Assembly (NCBI GenBank): GCA_045863855.1 | Contig: BTVV01000003.1 | Coordinates: 69,523 to 133,522, forward strand | DNA from: Planctomycetota bacterium | Lineage (GTDB): Bacteria; Planctomycetota; SZUA-567; H5-PLA8 | Reading direction: 5' to 3' | Length of the DNA: 64,000 nt | Position numbers and translations under genes: made by a program | Notes under the pieces: model-generated | Databases searched by the model: none | Seen by the model: only the letters and a program-made list of their open reading frames with translations | Told to the model about the DNA's origin: nothing | Shown here: piece after piece, positions 1-9,207 of the stretch | Numbering within the stretch: position 1 is the stretch's first letter | How the letters are laid out: the number at the start of each line of letters is the position of its first letter

Positions 1-232
1 CGGGGCCTTTGATCTCGGCCACGGTGAAGGTCTTGCCGGGTCCGATGCGGACGCTGGGCGAGACCTTCCAGGAGCGGCCCAGGTCGCGGGCGCATTTTTC
101 GCCCGTGCCTTTGGTGGCCATGCCGCCTTTGCCCTTCTGGCCTTTGAAGTTTTCGGCGCTGATGCTGCGCGATTGCGCGCGGCTGAGGCGCGAGAGGTTA
201 CCTAGATGCATGCCGAGTCCGTTGAAGGCCAT
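1..232 (-). CDS. DUF2961 / glycoside hydrolase family 172 protein, N-terminal part (runs off the window edge)
   Basis: Not in the ORF track. Manual minus-strand translation from ATG at 232 gives MAFNGLGMHLGNLSRLSRAQSRSISAENFKGQKGKGGMATKGTGEKCARDLGRSWKVSPSVRIGPGKTFTVAEIKGP, matching the typical DUF2961 N-terminus (RSISxENxxGxKGxGG...WKVSPS). Confidence 0.8.
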   Translation of the reverse strand, partial: MAFNGLGMHLGNLSRLSRAQSRSISAENFKGQKGKGGMATKGTGEKCARDLGRSWKVSPSVRIGPGKTFTVAEIKGP

Positions 233-348
233 GGTGGAAAGCGCTCCGATCAGGTGTACTGGTTCCTCGTAATATACCCATGCACACTCGATTGCGCAAG
301 TTAAATCGGACTATCGAAGGCGAAAGGGCGCAGGTCTGGCGAGGTCTA

Positions 349-1653
349 TCAGTCGGAGCTGCTGACGGCGTTCGTGTCGCGCCACCAGGTGAAGCCTTCT
401 TTCTTGCCGTTGCGGTAGCGCTGCCCCCAGCGAGCGGTGAAGCCCCGGCAATCGACGTGCACGTGGCTGCCTACGGAGTGTTCGCCCGGCCAGTGGTAGA
501 GGCCGATGCCGCCGGCCACGACGCGCCCTTCGCGTTCGAGGTCTTCGGCGGCCTGTGCGATGATGAGGCCGTCGAGTTCGTCGCCGCGGCCGTCGCCGTT
601 GAGGTCGTCGATCTTCAGGTCGCCGTCTTCGTCGATGCACAGATCCACGGCGTCGCCGTAACAATGCCGGCTGAAGGCGGCTCCGCCGATCTGCTTGTTG
701 AACGCGGGCGTTCGGAAGCCGCTGGTGATGTAAAAGCGCGTGACGGTGTGGCCCTGTTCGCGGAGGCGTTGGCGCAGCGCCGTGAGCTTGTGAACCAGCG
801 CGGGGATGACGGGCGTCCGGTCCGTGTGGCGGCGGTTGGTCTGGATCTTGCGGCCGTCGGGCGCGCGTTCGTCGAGGAACGCGACCAACTGGCCGAGCTG
901 CAAGCCTTCGTCGAGCGGGAGGGTCTCGGTCTGCTCGTTGATGATCGCGAAAAGGGTGGGCGGACGGTAGAGCGCGGCGTACTTGCGCACGTCCTCGCTG
1001 GGGCTCTTGAGCGGATCGAGGTACGGCCCGATGGGTTCGCCACAAACGGTGAGCGTGGTGTTCCCGGCGTTTTCGCGGACGGCGGCGGGTTCGAGCACGA
1101 GCAGTTCGAGGGCGCCTTGGCGAGCGGTGGCGGGATCGTTCCAGACGAGGCGGTAGCGACCGGCTTGCGCGGGGGCGCGCCCGAAATGCGCGCCGCCGCC
1201 CGCGGCCGCGGGTCCGAATTCGCCTCCCGCGTGGTCCCAGGCGTCGGAGTTTTCGAGCGTCAGGCGGCCGGTCCACGCGACGGGATTGGGATCGAGCGTG
1301 AAGGCTTGCCCGGCGGTGAGCAGAATGAGGCCGGTTTCGCCGATGCTTTGCGCCAGCGCTTCGGTTCCGCCCTCGGGCAGCGTGATCGTCCAACCTTGGA
1401 GTGCGTGCGGCGTTTCGAAGCGGCGCACAGGCGCGGAGAGCGGTTCGGCGCGCAGCCAGCAGATCGTCAAGGTGCTCAAGGCGAGCGCCAGCCCCAGCAC
1501 CACCCAGGCGCCGGGATGTGCCTGGAACCACGCTCCGAGCGAAGTGGCCGGACCGTATTCGAAGCGCCGCCAGCCGTGGCGCAACGGCTTCAAGGCTTTC
1601 AGAATCAGCGTGCCCATCGTGAGGCTCCCGGACGAATGCAGACCAATGGCCAA
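349..1653 (-). CDS. Membrane-anchored peptidase M15A (D-Ala-D-Ala carboxypeptidase/YcbK-like) domain protein
   Basis: N-terminal hydrophobic segment; C-terminal SGFRTPAFN, SRHCYGDAVD, GGIGLY and HVHVDCRG zinc motifs. Start may be at 1617. Confidence 0.8.
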   Translation of the reverse strand: MAIGLHSSGSLTMGTLILKALKPLRHGWRRFEYGPATSLGAWFQAHPGAWVVLGLALALSTLTICWLRAEPLSAPVRRFETPHALQGWTITLPEGGTEALAQSIGETGLILLTAGQAFTLDPNPVAWTGRLTLENSDAWDHAGGEFGPAAAGGGAHFGRAPAQAGRYRLVWNDPATARQGALELLVLEPAAVRENAGNTTLTVCGEPIGPYLDPLKSPSEDVRKYAALYRPPTLFAIINEQTETLPLDEGLQLGQLVAFLDERAPDGRKIQTNRRHTDRTPVIPALVHKLTALRQRLREQGHTVTRFYITSGFRTPAFNKQIGGAAFSRHCYGDAVDLCIDEDGDLKIDDLNGDGRGDELDGLIIAQAAEDLEREGRVVAGGIGLYHWPGEHSVGSHVHVDCRGFTARWGQRYRNGKKEGFTWWRDTNAVSSSD

Positions 1654-1823
1654 CGAGCGGCCGGGGTCAGGCCGATATTTCCCCTAACGGTGTATCGGCA
1701 TTCGGGGTGCGTCGGGTTGAGGGAATCCAAGTCACGCGGGGGCGTGGAGCGCCACCCTTAACGCGAGTCGAGCACGATCGAAGTCCGCTCAAAATTATTG
1801 CAGGGCCTGGCCCGGACAGGACA

Positions 1824-2420
1824 CTAGGGCGCGGGCGGGGCAACCGGCAGGCCGAGTCGCGTGCGGAGCAGCTGGATTTCTTGGTGCTGTTCGGGCGTCA
1901 TGTCCGGTTTCAGGTCGAGCGGAACATTCAACTTGCGCAGCGCGGCTTCAAGGCCGCCCTCCTCGTAAGAGAGCCATTCGACATGACCGTCGCCCATAAG
2001 CGCATTAATACCCCTGCCTGCTCCGCAGTGCGGGCAAATGGCGAGTACGGCATGCCCATGGGATTGAGTGTGTCCAGGCACGTACTTATAGACGTGGCTG
2101 GAGTGTGGTGGGGGGCCCGACGTTTCGTTCGCCGTGGGGCATTCCAGGATGTGCGGGTGTTCAACGAATCCATCGAGCAGAAGATCCAAATCAGGTGGAT
2201 AGCGCCCCATGCTCGCACCCGCATCGGCGTACATGCTCAGGGCTTTTCCGATTCGAGATAGGTTCGAGGCGCATTGTGCGCGCGCGCGTTGTTCGTACGC
2301 CCGTGCCGATACACGGCTGATGAAAATTGCGACCGAGCCGCCCAATAAGATCAGGGTCAACCCCAACAACCATGCCCGACGAGGCTTGGAGGCTTGTGAA
2401 GGCGGGGCTTCTTCGCGCAT
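1824..2420 (-). CDS. DUF1559 / H-X9-DG domain protein (PVC-typical pilin-like family)
   Basis: From MREEAPP: TM helix, RARAQCASNLSRIGKALSMY, ECP, and GINALMGDGHVEW. Confidence 0.75.
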   Translation of the reverse strand: MREEAPPSQASKPRRAWLLGLTLILLGGSVAIFISRVSARAYEQRARAQCASNLSRIGKALSMYADAGASMGRYPPDLDLLLDGFVEHPHILECPTANETSGPPPHSSHVYKYVPGHTQSHGHAVLAICPHCGAGRGINALMGDGHVEWLSYEEGGLEAALRKLNVPLDLKPDMTPEQHQEIQLLRTRLGLPVAPPAP

Positions 2421-2458
2421 ACAAGCGACTATACGCGCGAAGAAGCCCAGCGGTTCGA

Positions 2459-3301
2459 TCAGCCGCAACACTTTCCAGACGCCGGCTTGCGCGCGGCGAT
2501 GGAGAGGCTGGTGATGTAGTCGCTCGCGCGGTGTCCGTCGGGCAGGTGGCTCAGGATTTCCCTGTAGAGCGGATCGCCGGAGCCGAGCATCGCTTCGACG
2601 TAGCCGGGGCGCGGTTCGAGCGCCAAGGCGGTCAGGCCCACAGCCCGGATGAGTCGATCGACCTCGGCCAAGGTGAGCGCTCCGGCGACGCAGCCCACCA
2701 GCGCTTCGACGCTGGAGCGGAGCGCTTCGGGCAAGGGACGCAGGAGCGCCATGTCGCTGATCGCCACGCGGCCCCCGGGCTTCAGCACGCGGGCGATCTC
2801 GCGCCACACTTGCGGCTTATCGGGAGACAAGTTGAGTACGCAGTTCGAGAGAATCACGTCAACGCTGGCGTTCTCGACCGGAAGATGCTCGATCTCGCCG
2901 AGGCGGAATTCGACGTTGTCGTAGCCCATACGCGCGCGGAACGTCACGGCGTTGGCGCGTGCGCGCGCGAGCATCTCGGGCGTCATGTCCACGCCGATGG
3001 CGCGTCCAAGCGGACCGACTTTCTCGGCGGCCAGGAAGACGTCGAAACCTCCGCCGCTGCCCAGGTCGAGTACGACCTCACCCGCCCGGAGCTCGGCCAG
3101 CGCGGTGGGATTCCCGCAGGAAAGCCCGAGGTTGGCGCCTTCGGGTAGCCTTTCCAGTTCGCCGTTCTCGTAGCCCAACTTGAGCGCCAGTTGGTCCGGC
3201 GGCAGTCCACCGCAGCAGGCGCCCCCCGCGCATGGCCCGTTTTCGGCCACCTTGGCGTAGCCCTCGCGCACCTGATCGCGGATTTTTTCCGAAGCGTTCA
3301 T
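2459..3301 (-). CDS. arsM: Arsenite S-adenosylmethionine methyltransferase
   Basis: [44 protein letters not shown] and a C-terminal CC. ATG overlaps the arsR stop (ATGA). Confidence 0.92.
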   Translation of the reverse strand: MNASEKIRDQVREGYAKVAENGPCAGGACCGGLPPDQLALKLGYENGELERLPEGANLGLSCGNPTALAELRAGEVVLDLGSGGGFDVFLAAEKVGPLGRAIGVDMTPEMLARARANAVTFRARMGYDNVEFRLGEIEHLPVENASVDVILSNCVLNLSPDKPQVWREIARVLKPGGRVAISDMALLRPLPEALRSSVEALVGCVAGALTLAEVDRLIRAVGLTALALEPRPGYVEAMLGSGDPLYREILSHLPDGHRASDYITSLSIAARKPASGKCCG

Positions 3302-3705
3302 CGCATTTTCCTTTCGTCGCAGCATGCGGACTTCGATGGAAGGGGCCTTTTCGGCGGTGCGCAGCACTCGCGCTGCTCCCGCGCCCGGTACAGGCGTTGG
3401 CGGTCGCGCTCGGCCGGCGGCGCGGAGCCGCCGCAACAGGTGAGGCATTCCAGCAACTTTCGATGCAGGATGCCTTGCGCCGGCGCGAGCTTGTAATGTA
3501 CCCAGAGGCCTTTCTTACGCGCTTTCACCAGTCCCGCCCGGCGCAGGTACGCCAGATGGCGCGAGATCTTGGGCTGCGGCGCTCCGATGGCGGCGACGAG
3601 ATCGCAGACGCAGGATTCTCCTTCCCGCAGCAGCGCCAGCAGGCGCAAGCGGGTGGAGTCGGCTACGGCGCGAAAGAGTCGATCGGCCTGGGTCATGGGC
3701 GCCAT
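3298..3705 (-). CDS. arsR: ArsR/SmtB family metalloregulator
   Basis: FRAVADSTRLRLL, ESCVCDL metal site, QPKISRHLAYLRRAGLV HTH; directly upstream of arsM. Confidence 0.9.
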   Translation of the reverse strand: MAPMTQADRLFRAVADSTRLRLLALLREGESCVCDLVAAIGAPQPKISRHLAYLRRAGLVKARKKGLWVHYKLAPAQGILHRKLLECLTCCGGSAPPAERDRQRLYRAREQRECCAPPKRPLPSKSACCDERKMR

Positions 3706-3789
3706 TCCATTCGCCTAAGCGAATATACTTTGCCTGCTTGATGATGTCCAGGACGGTGCGGCCCATTCCCGCATTTGCAATATTTCGGC

Positions 3790-5124
3790 TTACTTCGCTT
3801 TGATGGGTTTGCCTTTGGCCGATTCGCGCATCGTGACGCCGATGGCGTCGAAGCGCTTTCCGCCGACGAGGGTGTAGACGGGCGCGCCTTTGAGCTTCCA
3901 GCCGGCGAAGGGGCAGTTGCGGGCTTTGCTCTTGAAGCGCGCGGGATCGACCTGCCAGCGCAGGTCGAGGTCGAGGATCGTGACGTCGGCGGGGCCGCCG
4001 ACTTTCAGGCTACCGCCGGGCAGATCGAGGACGCGGGCGGCCGAGGCCGTCCAGGCGTCGACGAAGCGCTTGAGCGGCAGTTTGTTCTTGTGGACGAGAT
4101 GCGTGAGCAGCACGCCGATGTTGGTCTCGAGGCCGATGACCCCGTTGGGCGTCTCGACGAATTCCTGCGACTTTTCTTCGGTCGTGTGCGGCGCGTGGTC
4201 GCTGGCGAAGCAGTCGATGGTGCCGTCGAGGAGGCCTTCGAGGCAGGCATCGAGATCACTGGGTTCGCGCAGCGGCGGGTTCATCTTGTAATTCGCGTCG
4301 AAATCGCGGCAGCATTCGTCGGTGAGCAGCAGGTGATGCGGGGCGACTTCGGCGCTGACCTTGGCGCCTTTCTTCTTCGCTTCGCGCACGAGACTCACCG
4401 AGCCCTTGGCGCTGATGTGCTGGACGTGAATCCGCGCGCCGGCGAGTTTGGCGAGGCGGATATCGCGTGCGACGATGATTTCTTCGGCCGCCGACGGATA
4501 GCCGTTGATGCCGAGCGCGGCGCTGACCTTGCCTTCATGCATCACCGCGCCGTTGGAAAGATCGTGGTCCTCGCAGTGCTCGACGACCACCTTGCCCAAA
4601 GCGCGGGCGTACTCGAGAGCGCTGCGCACGAGAAAGCTGCTGTTCACGCAAGCGCCGTCGTCGGTGAAGCCGACCGCTCCGGCGCGCGCGAGCAGGCCCA
4701 GCGCGGCAAGTTCCTCGCCCGCGCGCCCCTTGGTGATGCAGCCCATCGGAAAGACGCGCGCCATGCCGGCCTGTTCGGCCTTGAGGTACTGGTAGGCGAT
4801 CGCGCTGGAGTTATCCAGCGGCGGGTCGGTGTTGGGCATGGTGACCACGGTGCTAAATCCGCCGTGGACGGCGGCGGCGCTGCCGGAAGCGATGGTCTCT
4901 TTGGCCGTGAAGCCTGGTTCGCGGAAGTGGACGTGGATGTCGAGGAAGCCTGGGCAGACAAGAAGGCCGGTGCAGTCGAGAATCTCGGCGCCGAGCGGAG
5001 GCTTGAGGTTTTTGCCGATGGCTTCGATGGTTCCGAGCGCGGTATCGATCAGGACGTCGGCGGTTTTGTCGAGCTTGCTCGACGGATCGAAAACGCGGCC
5101 GCTTTTTAGAAGCAGTGAAGACAT
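3790..5124 (-). CDS. pyrC: Dihydroorotase
   Basis: PGFLDIHVHFREPG, MPNTDP, YKMNPPLR, ASDHAPH, SKARNCPF; follows pyrB. Confidence 0.95.
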   Translation of the reverse strand: MSSLLLKSGRVFDPSSKLDKTADVLIDTALGTIEAIGKNLKPPLGAEILDCTGLLVCPGFLDIHVHFREPGFTAKETIASGSAAAVHGGFSTVVTMPNTDPPLDNSSAIAYQYLKAEQAGMARVFPMGCITKGRAGEELAALGLLARAGAVGFTDDGACVNSSFLVRSALEYARALGKVVVEHCEDHDLSNGAVMHEGKVSAALGINGYPSAAEEIIVARDIRLAKLAGARIHVQHISAKGSVSLVREAKKKGAKVSAEVAPHHLLLTDECCRDFDANYKMNPPLREPSDLDACLEGLLDGTIDCFASDHAPHTTEEKSQEFVETPNGVIGLETNIGVLLTHLVHKNKLPLKRFVDAWTASAARVLDLPGGSLKVGGPADVTILDLDLRWQVDPARFKSKARNCPFAGWKLKGAPVYTLVGGKRFDAIGVTMRESAKGKPIKAK

Positions 5125-5189
5125 GCCTATTCCCTTTTTCTCTTGCTTGATCGCCAAACGACAACCTCAATGTGTGAAGCCGCAAGAAG

Positions 5190-6149
5190 CTATGCTTCAA
5201 CTTCCTCACGCGCGGCTTCGCTTTGCGCGCCCACGCCCATGCACAGATAAAGCACCGCCATGCGCACGGCCAAACCGTTGCTCACTTGCTGCAGAATCAC
5301 ACTTCGCTCGCCATCGGCGAGTTCGGGGGTCAGTTCGATACCGCGGTTGATTGGGCCGGGGTGCATGATGATCGCACCGGGTTTGGCGCGTTTCATGCGT
5401 TCTTCGTTCAGGCCGTAAATGGCGGCGTACTCGCGCACGCCGGGGAAGAAGCGGCCGGCTTTGCGTTCGAACTGGATGCGCAGGCAGTTGAGCGCGTCTG
5501 CCTGTTCGACGACGGCGTCGATATCGTGGCTCACTTCGACCCCCAGCGCGGCGGCGATGGCCGGAGGTACGAGCGTGGGCGGGCCGGCGAGGATTACGCG
5601 CGCGCCGAGTTTGCGCAGGCCGTGCGCGTTGCTGCGCGCGACGCGGCTGTGGCGGATATCGCCCAGGATGGCGACGGTGAGTCCGGCGACTTTGCCGAGC
5701 TTTTCGCGGATCGTGAAGATATCCAGCAGACCCTGTGTGGGATGCTCGTGGCAGCCGTCGCCGGCGTTGATGACGCTGCATTGGGTGTGCCGCGCGAGCA
5801 GGTGCGGCGCTCCCGGCGCGCTGTGGCGGATCACGAACGCATCGACGCCCATCGCTTCGATGTTCTTCGCGGTGTCGATCAGCGTCTCGCCCTTCGAGAC
5901 GCTGCTGCCTGAACTGCTGAAACTCATGGTGTCGGCGCTAAGGCGCTTGGCGGCGAGCGCGAAACTGTTGCTCGTACGCGTGCTGGCCTCGTAAAAGAGG
6001 TTCACCACCACGCGACCGCGCAGCGCGGGGACTTTCTTAACGCTGCGCCCGGAAACCTCCTTAAAGGAAGCCGCCGTATCGAGAATCTCGACGATCTCGG
6101 CCTTGCTCAGGCTTTCCAGGTCGAGCAGATGCTTGCGCGTCCATGCCAT
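5190..6149 (-). CDS. pyrB: Aspartate carbamoyltransferase catalytic subunit
   Basis: [46 protein letters not shown]. True start is MAWTRKHLL at 6149. Confidence 0.96.
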   Translation of the reverse strand: MAWTRKHLLDLESLSKAEIVEILDTAASFKEVSGRSVKKVPALRGRVVVNLFYEASTRTSNSFALAAKRLSADTMSFSSSGSSVSKGETLIDTAKNIEAMGVDAFVIRHSAPGAPHLLARHTQCSVINAGDGCHEHPTQGLLDIFTIREKLGKVAGLTVAILGDIRHSRVARSNAHGLRKLGARVILAGPPTLVPPAIAAALGVEVSHDIDAVVEQADALNCLRIQFERKAGRFFPGVREYAAIYGLNEERMKRAKPGAIIMHPGPINRGIELTPELADGERSVILQQVSNGLAVRMAVLYLCMGVGAQSEAAREEVEA

Positions 6150-6289
6150 CGGATTTTGGATTGGGGCTTTTGGAGTGGCCGGCGGTTCATCCGGAAGCGC
6201 CTGCCACGATCCTCTTTCCCAATGCTCCTTTGTGGTTTGGCCGAACCGTTGCCGCTCCAGCGCCCTGCACGCATCGAAAAACGAACCGC

Positions 6290-6895
6290 TTACCGCATCC
6301 CGCCCAGCACCACGAAGACGCCCTCTTCGCCGTCGGTCTCCTCCAGACGCACCTCGACCCGATCGGCGTGCGGGATGCTCAATCGTTCGGCCACGCGGTC
6401 GGGCTGGATGGGCAATTCGCGTCCGCCACGGTCGATGAGGCTGAAGAGCCGGACGGCGCCGGGGCGGCCGTAATCGTTGAGGATGTCGAGCGCCGCTCGG
6501 ATGGTGCGGCCGGTACAGATCACGTCGTCGATCAGGAAGACGACGCGGTGATCCACGGGACCCTCGATGACGGTGCCTTTTTTGCCGGTGTGCAGGCGCG
6601 GCCCGCGCAGCGCGACGTCGTCGCGGTAGAGCGTGATGTCGAGCGCGCCGTAGGGCACGGGATGGCCCCATTGCTTCGAGACGCGGTCGCGCACGCGGCG
6701 GGCGAGTTCGGCGCCGCGGCGGCGGATGCCGGCGATCAGCGCGTGGTCGAGGACGCCGCTGGCGAGCAGTTCTTTCGAGAACGCGTCGATCTGCTTGGCG
6801 ATCCACTTCGCGTCGTGAATCGCGCGCTCCTGTTTCTGGCGCTTAGGCGCTTCGCGGTCTTCGTGCGCGGCCTTGCGTTTATTCTTCTTGCTCAT
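6290..6895 (-). CDS. pyrR: Bifunctional pyr regulator / uracil phosphoribosyltransferase
   Basis: [42 protein letters not shown]; upstream of pyrB. Confidence 0.93.
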   Translation of the reverse strand: MSKKNKRKAAHEDREAPKRQKQERAIHDAKWIAKQIDAFSKELLASGVLDHALIAGIRRRGAELARRVRDRVSKQWGHPVPYGALDITLYRDDVALRGPRLHTGKKGTVIEGPVDHRVVFLIDDVICTGRTIRAALDILNDYGRPGAVRLFSLIDRGGRELPIQPDRVAERLSIPHADRVEVRLEETDGEEGVFVVLGGMR

Positions 6896-8217
6896 GGTTG
6901 TGCCGGGTGCGCATGCGCGCCCGCTTCCTCCGCTTCCCGGAAGACGGTATCCAGTTCGCTTTCGTTGGGCCGGGTGCCTACGAAGGTCCGAATATGCCCG
7001 AGGAGGTCCACGCCGTCCACGCCTTGTTCGAGGCCGATTTTCAGCGCCTGGAGCGTGCGCTCCTGGCGCGGGGTAAAGGGCCCGCCGGGTTCCGCGGGTG
7101 CACCGTTCACTAAGGCGGATTCCATCGCCGCTTCCAAGGCTTCCAGCGCCGTGCCGTCGCGCGCCGCGATACGGTACGGCGTGGCCGCCAACGCGAAGGC
7201 GAGCCCTTCGGCTTCTTCGTGGAGTCCTCGATCGGCTTTGTTCAGAACGAGCAGAAAAGGGCGCGCGGTCAGCGCGGCCAGCGCCTCGAATTCGGCGGGG
7301 CTCGGCGCGCGCGAGCCGTCCACCACGAGCAAGCAAAGATCCGCTTCAGCCGCGGCCTCGCGCGCCTTGGCCTGTCCGGCGCGCTCGACGGCGTCGCCGG
7401 CTACGTCGCGCAGTCCGGCGCTGTCGATCAGCAGCAAACTCAGCCCGCGCAGGGCGGCCGGGCGTTCCAGGCGGTCGCGCGTCGTCCCGGCTTCGGCGCT
7501 GACGAGCGAGGCGTTCTCGCGGAGCAGGCGGTTGACCAGCGTGGACTTGCCCGCGTTGACGGGACCGGCGACCAGGACACGGTGGGTGCGAAGCAGGCGC
7601 CGCGCGGCTTCGTAACGGGCCAACTCGTCGGCGGCGGCGGTATGCGTGGGCGCGTGCCAAGCGATCTCGCGCTGGCGAAGCCCCAAGGCGGCTTCCATAC
7701 CCAGCCGCTCCCAGCGTTCCTGCAAGTTCGTGTGGGCCAGGAGCAGATCGAGCTGGCGCGCTGTGACGCACGCGCCGAGGCGCAGGCGCGCTTCGAGCGC
7801 CAACAGGCTCAGGCGGCCCGCACGATGCGCTCGGGCGTGGAGTTCGCCGGGCAGGGCTTCGCGGAAGCCGGCGGCTTCGAATAGCTCGCGGACGGCGGCG
7901 GCGGTGCCGCGCCCGCCGTGGCAGGAGACTTCGATCTGCGCGCGCGCCGTCTCGCTTCGATCCTTAGTGACGACCGCGCAGACGACCTCGTCGACCGTGG
8001 CTCCGGCGGCATCGACCAGACTGCCGTAAGCCAACTGGCCTTCCCGCCCGGGACTCAGCGTCTGTTTGGACCTGAAGAGCGGCGCGAAGCGTTCGAAGAG
8101 TCCTGCGCCGTCGAGCACGAAGGCGGCGATGGCGGCTTCGCCGGGTGCGGTATCGAGTCGAAAAATAGCGTCGGACGACGGGGGTGGTGCGGAGGAGGTT
8201 CGCTCGGCTTCGGCCAT
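6892..8217 (-). CDS. mnmE: MnmE/TrmE-like tRNA modification GTPase (divergent)
   Basis: N-terminal TAPGEAAIA and EVSCHGG; G motifs GPVNAGKST, GTTRD, DSAG, NKAD. Lacks the C-terminal FCxGK. Confidence 0.75.
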   Translation of the reverse strand: MAEAERTSSAPPPSSDAIFRLDTAPGEAAIAAFVLDGAGLFERFAPLFRSKQTLSPGREGQLAYGSLVDAAGATVDEVVCAVVTKDRSETARAQIEVSCHGGRGTAAAVRELFEAAGFREALPGELHARAHRAGRLSLLALEARLRLGACVTARQLDLLLAHTNLQERWERLGMEAALGLRQREIAWHAPTHTAAADELARYEAARRLLRTHRVLVAGPVNAGKSTLVNRLLRENASLVSAEAGTTRDRLERPAALRGLSLLLIDSAGLRDVAGDAVERAGQAKAREAAAEADLCLLVVDGSRAPSPAEFEALAALTARPFLLVLNKADRGLHEEAEGLAFALAATPYRIAARDGTALEALEAAMESALVNGAPAEPGGPFTPRQERTLQALKIGLEQGVDGVDLLGHIRTFVGTRPNESELDTVFREAEEAGAHAHPAQP

Positions 8218-8228
8218 GCGCGAGAATT

Positions 8229-9110
8229 CTATGCCTTTCGGCGTTCGTTCCAGATGATCCATGCGGCGAGCAATCCGTTGGGCACCGCTTCGGACGAGAC
8301 TTCGGGCTTGTAGCGCTTCAAAGCGGTGAGCGCGTACGGATACAGCGAGGCGAGTCCGCCGCCGGTAAGGAGCACGCGGGCGCCTTTGCCGAGGCGTTCG
8401 GCCTGGGCTTTGGCCAGTTCCAGCGCCGCGTGGATCTGCTGCCAGCGCACGCCCGCGCGGATCGCATCGGCGGTATTTTCGCCCACCAGCGGGAGCTTGT
8501 CGCGCGTTCCGTAGCGTTTGGCGGAAAGATCGGGAAGCTGCGCGGTCCCTTGCGCGAGCGCCTTAAAGGCCAGCGCTTCGCCGGGCATGATCAGCCCGCC
8601 TTCGAAGGAGCCGACGCGCGTGCCTTTGAGCGCGCGCACCGAATTGACCGTCAGCGCGGTGCCGCTGTCGACGATCACCCACGGGTGGTGCCCCAGGAAG
8701 CAGAGCGCGTCGAGCGCCGCGAGGAGGCGGTCGTCGCCGACGTTTTTCGCCGGCTTGGGCTTGATCGAGATGGGGCAGGGGAGTTGTTTGCGAAAGCGCA
8801 TGACCTTGAGCTTCGTGTGCGTACGCAAGTGGCGTTCGAAGGCATCCAGCGCCCGCGGCACCACGCCGCCCAGGAGGACCGCCGTATCGGCATTCGCTTG
8901 AGCCGTATGTTCGAGCCACTTCCAGACGACACCGGGGCGGCGGAGCAGGTCGGGCGTCGGGATGTCGTCGCAGGGCGAGTCGATGTACTCTTCGGTGAGC
9001 GCGCGAAAGGATGTATTCGTATTGCCGACGGCGACGGCCAGCGCGCGCGCGGGTCCGCGTTGCGTGTGGGCGCAGTCGTGTTGGTCGTGCGCGTGCCCGG
9101 AGTGAGCCAT
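8229..9110 (-). CDS. coaX: Type III pantothenate kinase
   Basis: GNTN, VGDDR, IVDSGTALT, GGLIMPG, NTADAIRAG, LLTGGG. Confidence 0.88.
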   Translation of the reverse strand: MAHSGHAHDQHDCAHTQRGPARALAVAVGNTNTSFRALTEEYIDSPCDDIPTPDLLRRPGVVWKWLEHTAQANADTAVLLGGVVPRALDAFERHLRTHTKLKVMRFRKQLPCPISIKPKPAKNVGDDRLLAALDALCFLGHHPWVIVDSGTALTVNSVRALKGTRVGSFEGGLIMPGEALAFKALAQGTAQLPDLSAKRYGTRDKLPLVGENTADAIRAGVRWQQIHAALELAKAQAERLGKGARVLLTGGGLASLYPYALTALKRYKPEVSSEAVPNGLLAAWIIWNERRKA

Positions 9111-9207
9111 ATTCGAGTGCCGCCGATGCAGGTGACAAGAAGGGAAACAAGCGGCAGACTGTTTACCGGATTCTTCAGCTTCCTACCAGTCCGACCGGAG
9201 TATTCCG

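Noticed and set aside
280..1761. 493 aa plus-strand ORF and similar long antisense ORFs (3775..5109, 9232..10686, 25402..26895, 36533..38305, 51733..53964)
   Set aside because: Shadow frames opposite well-supported genes, expected in high-GC DNA, with no recognisable motifs.
6150..6806. Apparent long N-terminal extension of PyrB (likewise for PyrR, MraY, ArsM and the M48-like protein)
   Set aside because: These extensions overlap neighbouring genes in other frames; downstream starts fit family lengths.
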